In this document: positions 1 to 11,304 of the stretch, in pieces | Numbering within the stretch: position 1 is the first letter of the stretch | Layout: every line of letters begins with the position of its first letter | Assembly: GCA_963771175.1 (NCBI GenBank) | Contig: CAVYSY010000032.1 | Location: 32,001-96,000, forward strand | Source: an uncultured delta proteobacterium | GTDB lineage: Bacteria; Myxococcota; Myxococcia; Myxococcales; Myxococcaceae | Reading direction: 5' to 3' | Length of the DNA stretch: 64,000 bases | Made by a program: the position numbers and the translations under genes | Notes under the pieces: generated by a model | Seen by the model: the letters and a program-made list of their open reading frames with translations, nothing else | Told to the model about the DNA's origin: nothing | Database searches by the model: none

Positions 1-113
1 CCCAGGTGCAGCCCGTGGGCAACTACGCCCTCACCTTCGTCTTCAGCGACGGACACGGCACCGGCATCTACCCGTGGAAGCTGCTGCGCGACATCACCCA
101 GCCCCAGGGCTGA
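1..113 (+). CDS. DUF971-like (GBBH N-terminal-like) protein, 3' fragment
   Basis: Manual translation QVQPVGNYALTFVFSDGHGTGIYPWKLLRDITQPQG*; the VGNYAL..FSDGH.TGIY.W motif is typical of DUF971. Truncated by the window edge. Confidence 0.8.
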   Translation, partial: QVQPVGNYALTFVFSDGHGTGIYPWKLLRDITQPQG

Positions 114-129
114 CCTCCTGGAGGAACGC

Positions 130-1866
130 GTGAACGAGTCCCGGTACCGGCTGGTGCGCCCCCTGGCCACCGGAGGCATGGCGGAGCTGTTCCTCGGCGT
201 GGCTCGCGGCGCGGAGGGCTTCGAGAAGCCCGTGGCCATCAAGCGCATGCTGCCGCACCTGGCGCGCGAGCCCGCCATCGCGCAGATGTTCCTCGCCGAG
301 GCGCGGCTGGCCACCCACCTGCAGCACCAGAACATCGCCAGCGTCTACGACGTGGGCAGCGGCCCCGAGGGCCTCTTCCTGGTGATGGAGCTGGTGAACG
401 GGTGGGACCTGGGTGTGCTGCTGCGGCACGCCTGGCGGCGCAACCAGCGCTTCCCCCCGCACCTCGTGGCCTTCATCGGCACCCAGGTGCTGGCGGGCCT
501 CGTCCATGCCTACCGCCGCATGCACGACGGCCGCCCCGTGCTGACGGCCCACCGGGACATCTCGCCCTCCAACCTCCTCATCTCGCGCGAGGGCGAGGTG
601 AAGGTGACGGACTTCGGCATCGCCCGCATCGAGGGCGCGTCCCTGGGCACCCAGCCCGGCACCTTCAAGGGGAAGCTCCCCTATGGCTCGCCCGAGACGC
701 TCCAGGGCCAGCCGGCCACCGCCCTGAGCGACCAGTTCGCCCTGGGCATCGTCCTCTACGAGCTGCTCGCCGGGCGCCACCCCTTCGGAGACGGCGCGGA
801 CGAGCCGATGTCCATCGCCATGGCCATCGCCCAGCAAGAGCCTCCGCCACTCACGGACGTGCCCGCGCCGCTGGCCGCGGTCGTCTCTCGCGCACTGTCC
901 AAGGCACCCAAGGACCGCTTCCCCCGGCCGGAAGACATGGCCGAGGCCCTGGCCCGCTACCTCGCCCAGTCCGGCGAGCCCGCCTCCTCCCAGGCCCTGG
1001 CCGCGTTCCTCTCCAGCCTGAACCTCCCCCCCACCCTGCTCGAGCTGTCGGACTCCTCCGAGCAGCCCGATTCGGATCCGGGAGGGCAGGCGCCGACCGT
1101 CCGGCGCCCCATCCTCCCGACCCGGCCCGTGGACCCGCCCTCCTTCGCGCTGCAGTCCGAGGACTTCGACGACATGCCCGGAGGCCCCGCGCTCAGCATG
1201 AGTGGGCGGCTCGTCGTGCCCACCGCCGCGGCACCCGCCCCGGCTCGTGAGTTCCGTTGCTCCCGCTGCAACGCCCCTCTGCCGTCGGCCCATGCTCCGT
1301 GCGACCGTTGCGCCCGCGAGCTCTCCCCGGGTCTCTCCACGCTCGCCGAGGACGTCTCGCCCGCGTCGCCGAGCGTCCCGCCGAGAGCAGCTCCCGCCCC
1401 CGTGACAGACCCTCGGGCCCCGCTGCAATCGGTGCTGGAGATGAAGGAGGAGGAGCTGGAGTTGACCGAGCGGGCTCCTCGGCCGGAGAGCGACTTCGTG
1501 CCGATCGACACCGCCGAGCCCAGGCTCCGCCGACGGTGGGGACGCACGATGGCGCTCGTGGCCATCCCGCTGCTGGTGCTGGGCGGAGTCGTGGTGGCGC
1601 TGCCCCAGTTCTCCAAGCAGCTGGGCACCTTCCGCTTCTCGCCAGGTCCCAGGTCCGCGGTGGGCATGCTCTCCATCCAGAGCGAGCCCTCGGGCGCCAC
1701 CGTCACCGTGGACGGCACGGTGCTGGGCACGACGCCGCTGGCGGTCGACAACATCTACCCGGCCCAGGACATCCCCATGAAGGTGACGCTCAAGGGCTAC
1801 AAGCCCTGGACGGGTACCTTCACCGGGGGCGAGCCGGTGTCCCTGGAAGTGAAGCTGCGCAAGTGA
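130..1866 (+). CDS. Hanks-type Ser/Thr protein kinase with TM helix and C-terminal PEGA domain
   Basis: LATGGMAELF, VAIKR, HRDISPSNLL and DFGIAR motifs; CxxC..CxxC in the linker; hydrophobic TM; IQSEPSGATVTVDG..LGTTPL PEGA motif. Confidence 0.93.
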   Translation: MNESRYRLVRPLATGGMAELFLGVARGAEGFEKPVAIKRMLPHLAREPAIAQMFLAEARLATHLQHQNIASVYDVGSGPEGLFLVMELVNGWDLGVLLRHAWRRNQRFPPHLVAFIGTQVLAGLVHAYRRMHDGRPVLTAHRDISPSNLLISREGEVKVTDFGIARIEGASLGTQPGTFKGKLPYGSPETLQGQPATALSDQFALGIVLYELLAGRHPFGDGADEPMSIAMAIAQQEPPPLTDVPAPLAAVVSRALSKAPKDRFPRPEDMAEALARYLAQSGEPASSQALAAFLSSLNLPPTLLELSDSSEQPDSDPGGQAPTVRRPILPTRPVDPPSFALQSEDFDDMPGGPALSMSGRLVVPTAAAPAPAREFRCSRCNAPLPSAHAPCDRCARELSPGLSTLAEDVSPASPSVPPRAAPAPVTDPRAPLQSVLEMKEEELELTERAPRPESDFVPIDTAEPRLRRRWGRTMALVAIPLLVLGGVVVALPQFSKQLGTFRFSPGPRSAVGMLSIQSEPSGATVTVDGTVLGTTPLAVDNIYPAQDIPMKVTLKGYKPWTGTFTGGEPVSLEVKLRK

Positions 1867-1884
1867 GGCGCTGGGCCCGCGCCC

Positions 1885-2475
1885 TCACTTCACCAGGCGC
1901 AGGTGGCCGCGACGCGGAGGCGACGGATCATCCTTCGGTCCCTCGGGCTCGGTCGCGGCGGCGACGGGAGCAGGCGCGGGCACGGCGGCAATCGGGGTGG
2001 CGACGGGCTCCTCCTGGGGCTGGGGCTGGGGCTGGGGCTCGAGCCTCGCCACCTCGCGGAGGATGGCCCGGGGACGCTCCACCGGCGAGGCCGACTGCTC
2101 CCCCGCGGGCTCCGGCAGCGTCGCCTTGGACGTCACCATCGTCTGCTGGATGAGCTCGGCCGGCATGTCGTCCGGGTACATCCAGAATTCCTTCGTCGAG
2201 TGGCTCGTGATGGCGAACAGCGCCGACCAGGGCACCGCCACCGTGAACCGGCTCCCCGAGAAGCTCAGCGTGCAGCGAATGCCCCACTCGCCCACGGTGA
2301 GATCCGGGGGATCGAACCGGTAGGACAGGTTGAGACGCAGGTGGGCCTCGCTTCGCAGCGAGGTCGGCACGATGACTCCCGGACGACGTGCGTCCAGGTG
2401 GATCATCACCATGCCTTTGTCGAGTGCGGCCATCAGCCGCTCTTTCTTCTCCGGACCCTTCTTGTCCATCGACAT
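1885..2475 (-). CDS. sspB: ClpXP specificity-enhancing factor SspB (stringent starvation protein B)
   Basis: LDARRPGVIVP, LRLNLSY, TLSFSG..FTVAVPWSALFAI; acidic/Pro linker; C-terminal ClpX-binding-like tail RGHLRLVK. Confidence 0.85.
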   Translation of the reverse strand: MSMDKKGPEKKERLMAALDKGMVMIHLDARRPGVIVPTSLRSEAHLRLNLSYRFDPPDLTVGEWGIRCTLSFSGSRFTVAVPWSALFAITSHSTKEFWMYPDDMPAELIQQTMVTSKATLPEPAGEQSASPVERPRAILREVARLEPQPQPQPQEEPVATPIAAVPAPAPVAAATEPEGPKDDPSPPRRGHLRLVK

Positions 2476-2500
2476 GCGCCTCGGGGTGAGGATGGGCGAT

Positions 2501-2986
2501 TCAGCGACGACGCATCGCCCGATCCATCTCCCGCTTGGTCTCCCGTTCCTTGATGTCCTGCCGCCGATCCTCGTGCGTCTTACCGCGACAGAGGCCCAGC
2601 TCCACCTTCGCCCGGCCGTTCTTGAAATACAGCACCAGCGGGATGATGGAATAGCCTCGCTCGCGCACCTTGGTCGTCCAGCGGTCGATTTCCTCGCGGT
2701 GCATCAACAGCTTGCGGCCGCGCAGGGGCTCGTGGGTGAAGAAGCTGGAGGGGTTGTAGGTGCCAATGTGGGCGTTGAGCAGATACAGCTCATTGCCCTT
2801 GGGTAGCGCATACGCGTCCGAGAGGTTGGCCGTGCCAGCCCGCAACGCCTTCACCTCGCTGCCCGAGAGCAGAAGGCCGGCCTCGACCTTCTCGTCCACG
2901 GAGTAGGCGGCGCGCGCCTTGCGGTTCTCGGCGATGACCTTGATGCCGGGTTCGCCCGTCCCGCCCTTGCCCTTTCCACCCGCCAT
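2501..2986 (-). CDS. smpB: SsrA-binding protein SmpB
   Basis: [48 protein letters not shown]. Confidence 0.97.
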   Translation of the reverse strand: MAGGKGKGGTGEPGIKVIAENRKARAAYSVDEKVEAGLLLSGSEVKALRAGTANLSDAYALPKGNELYLLNAHIGTYNPSSFFTHEPLRGRKLLMHREEIDRWTTKVRERGYSIIPLVLYFKNGRAKVELGLCRGKTHEDRRQDIKERETKREMDRAMRRR

Positions 2987-2999
2987 ACGCTCGCGTCCT

Positions 3000-3854
3000 C
3001 TAGCCTCCGATGGGCTGATTGTCGATCAGCCGAGTGGTACCGACGAAGGCCGCCACCAGCAGCCGTGCCGGCTGGCCTGGAGTCACGGCCGACAGGGGGG
3101 TCAGCGAGGTGGCGTCCATCAACTCCACGTAGTCCTCGCGAAGACCCGCCGCCTCCAATTCGCGACGCACCGCACCAACCAGGGCCTGGGCCTCGCGCAT
3201 GCCTTCCTTGTAGAGCGCCTGGGCCGCCGACAGGCCTCGCGACAGGGCGAGCGCCCGCTTCCTGTCCTCTGGGGACAGGTAGGCGTTGCGCGAGCTCAGG
3301 GCCAGCCCGTCCGCCTCGCGGATGGTGGGCATGCCGACGATCTCCACCCCCAGGTTCAGGTCGCGCTCGAGGGCGCGGATGACCTGGAGCTGCTGGTAGT
3401 CCTTCTCGCCGAAGAGGGCCACGTGGGGCTTGAGGATGCACAGCAGCTTCGTCACCACCGTGGCCACGCCCCGGAAGTGGCCGGGCCGGCGCGCGCCGCA
3501 CAGGCCCTGGCTCACCTTCTCCACGTCCACGTACGTCTGGAAGCCCGGCGGGTACATCTCGGCCGGCTCGGGGGCGAAGACGGCCTCCACGCCCGCGCTG
3601 GCGCACCTGGCCAGGTCCCCCTCGAGGTCCCGCGGGTAGCGCGACAGGTCCTCGGTGGGACCGAACTGGGTGGGGTTGACGAAGATGGAGGTCGCGACGA
3701 CGTCGGCCCGGCCGCGTCCCTCGCGCATCAGCGAGAGGTGGCCGTCGTGCAGGTAGCCCATGGTGGGCACCAGCGCCAGCCGGCGGCCCGAGCGGCGAAT
3801 GGACTCCGCCCAGGCGGCGGTCTCGGCGACAGTGCGAAGGACGAGGGGCGCCAT
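3000..3854 (-). CDS. panC: Pantoate--beta-alanine ligase
   Basis: [53 protein letters not shown]. Confidence 0.97.
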   Translation of the reverse strand: MAPLVLRTVAETAAWAESIRRSGRRLALVPTMGYLHDGHLSLMREGRGRADVVATSIFVNPTQFGPTEDLSRYPRDLEGDLARCASAGVEAVFAPEPAEMYPPGFQTYVDVEKVSQGLCGARRPGHFRGVATVVTKLLCILKPHVALFGEKDYQQLQVIRALERDLNLGVEIVGMPTIREADGLALSSRNAYLSPEDRKRALALSRGLSAAQALYKEGMREAQALVGAVRRELEAAGLREDYVELMDATSLTPLSAVTPGQPARLLVAAFVGTTRLIDNQPIGG

Positions 3855-3857
3855 GGA

Positions 3858-4755
3858 CTAGACCGGAACTCCGTAGACGGGGCCCAGCTTCTCCGCGCCC
3901 TCGGCGGCGACCTCGGCCTCGGGGTTGACGGGCACGAGCCGGATGGGCTTGGACTTGAAGGAGTGCTCCTCGTCCGGGAAGGTGCCCGCGCGCACCTCGG
4001 CGAAGTAGGCGCCCGCCGCCTCGGTCATGGAGCCGTGGAGGTTGGCGTAGCGCTTGACGAACTTGGGCTTGAAGTCCGGGTTCATCCCCAGCAGGTCGTA
4101 GCAGACCAGCACCTGGCCGTCGCAGTATTTGCCCGCGCCGATGCCGATGGTGGGGATGGTGAGGCGCTGGGTGATGGTGCGCGCCAGCTCCAGCGGCACG
4201 CCCTCGAGCACCAGCGAGAAGCAGCCGGCGCGCTCCAGCGCGAGGGCGTCCTCGAGAATCTTCCGGGCGGCGTCCTCGTCGCGGCCCTGCACCACGTAGC
4301 CGCCCATCTTGTGCACCGACTGGGGCGTGAGGCCCAGGTGGCCCATGACGGGGATGCTGGCGCGCACGATGGCGGAGATGACGTCGGCGAACTCGGCGCC
4401 GCCCTCCAGCTTCACCGCGCCCACGCCGCCCTCCGCCACCAGCCGGCCCGCGTTGCGCACCGCCTCCTCCACCGAGACCTGGTAGCTCATGAAGGGCATG
4501 TCGCCCACCACGAGCGCCCGCTTCGTCCCGCGCATGACGGCGGCGCGAGTGGTAGACCATCTGGTCCATCGTGACCGGGAGCGTGGAGTCGTGCCCCTGG
4601 ACGACCATGCCCAGGGAGTCACCCACGAGCAGCACGTCCGCTCCGGCTTCATCGAAGACCCGGGCGAAGGTGGCGTCGTAGGCCGTGACCATGCAGATCT
4701 TCTGGCCGCTCTGCTTCTGGCGCTTCAGCGTGTGGATGGTGACCTTGTCCTTCAC
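3858..4755 (-). CDS. panB: 3-methyl-2-oxobutanoate hydroxymethyltransferase (one frameshift near 4545)
   Basis: N-half [19 protein letters not shown] in one frame; C-half [37 protein letters not shown] in another. GGAGG SD before the GTG. Confidence 0.95.
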
Positions 4756-4863
4756 GGTTCACCTCCTATGGCGGTGAGGGTTCGTCCTGCGGTTGCGTGG
4801 ATGAACACCCCTCGCCGTCCCCGGAGGGGCTCGCCGGAGGTGACCATCCACGGGGGGACTCTA
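4756..4863 (-). promoter_or_regulatory. Structured panB 5' leader with anti-SD and alternative stems; putative -10 TAGAGT
   Basis: SD GGAGGUGA (4766-4759) is complementary to UCACCUCC (4843-4836). A competing 8-bp stem CGUGGAUG/CAUCCACG (4852-4845 with 4803-4796) is present. TAGAGT at 4863-4858. Confidence 0.55.
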
Positions 4864-4919
4864 ACGCCCTTGGACGCGCCGCGGGGACTTCTCGTGAGGG
4901 CAGGCGGCCAGACGAGCCA

Positions 4920-5567
4920 CTATCCAGCCCGCTTGCTCGCGGTCGGGAGGTAGTGCTGGGAACCCTGACCCGCCCGGTCGATGGCACCCAGCAGCCCCTT
5001 CAGGTCGCCCTCGTTGTTGACGAAGTCGATGTCCGAGGTGTCCACCACCAGCAGCGGCGTCTCCGTGTAGTGGGAGAAGAACTCGTTGTAGGCGTGGACG
5101 AGCTCCTCCAGGTAGCCAGCGTCGAACTGACGCTCGAACTCCCGGCCGCGCTTCTTGATGCGGTAGAGCAGCACGTCCAGCCGCGCCTGCAGGAAGATGA
5201 CGAGGTCCGGCCGGGTGACGCGTGGGCTGAGCGCCTCGAAGACGCGGTCGTAGAGGGCCAGCTCGTGCGAGTCCAGCGTCAGGCACGCGAAGATGCGGTC
5301 CTTGGCGAACAGGTAGTCGCTGACCGTCACCGAGTTGAAGAGGTCCTGCTGGATCAGCTCCTGCTGCTGCCGGAAGCGCGAGAGCAGGAAGAAGAGCTGC
5401 GTCTGGAAGGCGTACTTCTGCCGGTCCTCGTAGAAGTTGGCGAGGAAGGGGTTCTCCTCGAATCGCTCGAAGATGCGCCGCGCCCCGAAACGCTCGGCGA
5501 GGATGTTGGAGAGGCTCGTCTTGCCGACGCCGATGGGCCCCTCGACCACGATGTAGCGGTTGTCCAT
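4920..5567 (-). CDS. Deoxynucleoside kinase (dAK/dGK family)
   Basis: IVVEGPIGVGKTSL P-loop, ENPFLANFY, FQTQLFFLLSRF, PDLVIFLQA, RIKKRGR. Confidence 0.93.
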   Translation of the reverse strand: MDNRYIVVEGPIGVGKTSLSNILAERFGARRIFERFEENPFLANFYEDRQKYAFQTQLFFLLSRFRQQQELIQQDLFNSVTVSDYLFAKDRIFACLTLDSHELALYDRVFEALSPRVTRPDLVIFLQARLDVLLYRIKKRGREFERQFDAGYLEELVHAYNEFFSHYTETPLLVVDTSDIDFVNNEGDLKGLLGAIDRAGQGSQHYLPTASKRAG

Positions 5568-5771
5568 CCCCTTCGAGACCTCCGACCTCTAACGAAAGCC
5601 ACGCCGCGCCCTTCCGGGCCGGCAGCGGGTCGCGGATATAGACCATGGGCGGGGCGAGCGGGCAATGATCCGGCACGAGGCGCGCTCTCCACGCTTGACG
5701 GCCCGGTGGGGGTCCACTACCAGAGACGCACGCGCGGTGCGAGACACGTGGGCGCGCAGGGACCGAGGGGG

Positions 5772-6053
5772 ATGAATCGAAGGCAGCGGGCGAAGACGGT
5801 CATCGAGCTGGAGCCACGCCGGGCCACGTCCACCCAGACGGCCCAGGTTCCCGCGAAGGTGGTGGAGCCCGATCCACTCTACGGCGTGGCCCTCCTCAAG
5901 ATGGCCCTGGAGCTGAAGCGCCGACAGGACGGCTCGCCGGAGGAGATCCTCCGCGACGTGCTCGCGCGCATGCGGCTGCCCGAGGACGAGTTCCGCGCGT
6001 GGCTCTCCCAGCAGGGCGGGCTGTTGCAGTCCCTGGGCAGCGGAGAGCACTGA
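5772..6053 (+). CDS. Small hypothetical protein (~93 aa)
   Basis: ATG after GAGGGG; MNRRQRAKTVIELE...PDPLYGVALLKMALELKRR; codon usage typical of the window. Confidence 0.6.
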   Translation: MNRRQRAKTVIELEPRRATSTQTAQVPAKVVEPDPLYGVALLKMALELKRRQDGSPEEILRDVLARMRLPEDEFRAWLSQQGGLLQSLGSGEH

Positions 6054-6065
6054 GCGGCGCTGGAG

Positions 6066-6476
6066 CTACTGCGCCGCCACCCACGGCTGGAGCGCCGCAT
6101 CCACCGCGTTGCCGAGAGACTTGCACAACGAGTACTCGGTGCGCAGCCGCTCGACGGGCGTGGCCGCCTCGAAGCGCCGCGTCTCGAAGAAGAGCGCGTA
6201 CACCACCTTATCGCCCACCTTCGAGCGGATGCCGAGGTGGTCCCCCTGCACGTCCATCTGCGGCAGCAGCATCCGCTCCAGCGAGCGGTAGACGCGGGCC
6301 ATGTCCCGGGTGGCGCCCACGAAGGCGTTCTCGTCGATCAGAGGAATCGCACTCGGATCGCCCCAACGCAGCAGCACCTCCCCATCGGGGCGGGCGAACA
6401 CCGCGTACAGCACGCCGAACCGGTTGAGTACCGGCTCCAAGGCCTCCAATGGCAGGGGTCTCATCAGTCCTCCCAA
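6066..6476 (-). CDS. Hypothetical protein (possible Roadblock/longin-like fold)
   Basis: Clean 136-aa ORF directly downstream of rsmA; VLYAVFARPDGEVLLRWG strand-turn-strand pattern. Confidence 0.55.
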   Translation of the reverse strand: MGGLMRPLPLEALEPVLNRFGVLYAVFARPDGEVLLRWGDPSAIPLIDENAFVGATRDMARVYRSLERMLLPQMDVQGDHLGIRSKVGDKVVYALFFETRRFEAATPVERLRTEYSLCKSLGNAVDAALQPWVAAQ

Positions 6477-6488
6477 GCCAGATTACCT

Positions 6489-7319
6489 CTACCCTGCAAT
6501 GGGTCCGAGCGAACGCTCGATGGCGGCGAACTCCCGGGCGAGAGCGTCTCCGCGCGACGGGTGGGGTCGATGCCGGCCGTCTCCAGCGCTTTCTGGAGCT
6601 GCTCCAGCGTACCGAGCGTCTTGTCCGACTTGAGCGAGTTGATGAGCGTCTTGCGCCGCTGGGCGAAGCCCGCCTTCACCAGCCGGATGTAGCGCGCGCC
6701 GTCCACCACCGGGGCCAGGGGCTGGGGCCGCCGCGTCAGCCGCAGCACCGCCGAGTCCACCTTGGGCGGCGGGTGGAAGCGCTGGGCGTCGATGTCGAAG
6801 AGGTGCTCGGACTCGAAGTACAGGCCCAGGATGGCGGTGAGCAGGCCGTAGTCGCGCCCACCCGGCTCGGCCGCGAGCCTGTCCACCACCTCCTTCTGGA
6901 GGGTGAAGACGGCGCGCGTCACATGCTCGCGCTGCTCCAGCACCTGGAAGAGGATGGAGCTCGTCAGGTGGTACGGGAGGTTGCCCGCCACCTTCAGCTC
7001 GGGGACACCGGCCACCTCGGCGAAGTCCACCGTGGCCGCGTTGCCGGACACCACGCGCACCCCGGGGATGGCCTCCTTCTCCAGCACCGCGATCATGTCG
7101 CGGTCCTTCTCCACCGCGGTGACGCGCGCGCCCGTGGCGGCGCAGGAAGCGAGTCAGGTGCCCGAGGCCCGGGCCCAGCTCCACCACCGGCTCGCCCTCG
7201 CGCAGCTCCAGCGCGTCGGCGATGGCCTCGAGAATCTGCGGGTCTCCGAGGAAGTTCTGCCCCCAGCTGTGCTTGGCCCTCAGGCCATGACGCTGGAGGA
7301 TGTCACGTGGCGTATCCAC
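6489..7319 (-). CDS. rsmA: 16S rRNA m6,2A1518/1519 dimethyltransferase (frameshifted)
   Basis: KHSWGQNFL, VELGPGLGHLT, AGNLPYHLTS, TLQKEVVDRL, FHPPPKVDSAV, GFAQRRKTL, RRAETLS across two frames. Confidence 0.93.
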   Translation of the reverse strand: MDTPRDILQRHGLRAKHSWGQNFLGDPQILEAIADALELREGEPVVELGPGLGHLTRFLRRHGRARHRGGEGPRHDRGAGEGGHPRGARGVRQRGHGGLRRGGRCPRAEGGGQPPVPPDELHPLPGAGAARACDARRLHPPEGGGGQARGRAGWARLRPAHRHPGPVLRVRAPLRHRRPALPPAAQGGLGGAAADAAAPAPGPGGGRRALHPAGEGGLRPAAQDAHQLAQVGQDARYAGAAPESAGDGRHRPHPSRGDALAREFAAIERSLGPIAG

Positions 7320-7337
7320 TCGCGGCTCCCTTCACCT

Positions 7338-8337
7338 TCACATGCGCCAGGCCGGGTCCGCGGACAGGTTGAAGTCTCCGCGCAGACCCCGGCGCCAGGC
7401 CTCATAGCCCGCCACGGCGATCATCGCGCCGTTGTCCGTACACAGCCGCACCGGCGGCAGGAAGAGCTTCAGGCCCCGCTCCTCGGCGCGCTCCTGGCAC
7501 AGCGAGCGCAGCCGCGAGTTGGCCGCCACGCCCGCCGCACACCACCAGGCGATTCAGGCCCAACCGGCGCGCGGCGGCGACGAACTTCTTCGACAGCGCG
7601 TCCGCCACGGCCTCCTGGAAGGAGGCGCACAGGTCCGCCAGCGCCTGCCCCTGGGGCACGCCGTGCTTGCGCACGTGCTGCAGCACCGCCGTCTTCAGGC
7701 CGGAGAAGGACCAGTCGAAGTTCTCCGAGCCGGGCAGCGCGCGGGGGAAGCGGATGGCCTCCGGGTTCCCCTTCTGCGCGAGCTGGTCGATGGGCAGCCC
7801 GCCCGGGTACGGCAGGCCGAGGATGCGCGCCGTCTTGTCGTAGGCCTCGCCGGCGGCGTCGTCGCGGGTGCTGCCCACCAGCCGGTAGCGGCCGTAGTCC
7901 TGCACCTCGTAGAGGCTGGTGTGGCCTCCGGAGACGACGAGCCCGAGGAACGGGGGCTCCGGCGCATCCTCGAGCAGCCGGATGGCGAGCAGGTGCCCCT
8001 CCAGGTGGTTGGCCCCGACGAAGGGCTTGCCGGTGGCGAGGCTCAGCGACTTGGCCACCTGCACGCCCACCAGGAGCGCGCCGATGAGGCCGGGCCCGGA
8101 GGTGACGGCGATGAGGTCCACGTCGTCGAGCGTCTTGCCGGCCCGGGTGAGGGCCTCGTGCAGGACGGGCATCACCTGCACCACGTGGTTGCGGCTGGCG
8201 AGCTCCGGCACCACCCCACCCCAGCGCCGGTGGATGTCCACCTGGGTGGAGACGACGTCGGAGAGCACGCGCCGACCGTCCTCCACGAGGGCGGCGGCGG
8301 TCTCATCACAGGAGGTTTCGAGTCCGAGTACGAGCAA
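7338..8337 (-). CDS. tsaD: tRNA N6-adenosine threonylcarbamoyltransferase (frameshift near 7530)
   Basis: [66 protein letters not shown]. Confidence 0.96.
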
Positions 8338-8369
8338 GGAGACAGCCTTTCCGGGAGCCCGCCGCCCGC

Positions 8370-11133
<2,764 letters not shown>

Positions 11134-11304
11134 TCAATAGCGGTAGCGGGGGTGGGGTTCTCGGCCGGCGTCCAGGGGGGCGGGCCCTGTCCCGGGGGCT
11201 CGGGACCCGCCCGGAGGGCGGGCAGGCGGGCGGGTTTCCAGGAAAGCCCCGACCTGTCCGCCCTGGCGGAGTGGGAGCGGAAGGTCAGGGGCTCGAACCA
11301 ACCG

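Noticed and set aside
2400..3000. tmRNA (ssrA) next to smpB
   Set aside because: Intergenic gaps are under 30 bp; no tRNA-like ends seen. No tRNA or rRNA was recognised anywhere in the window.
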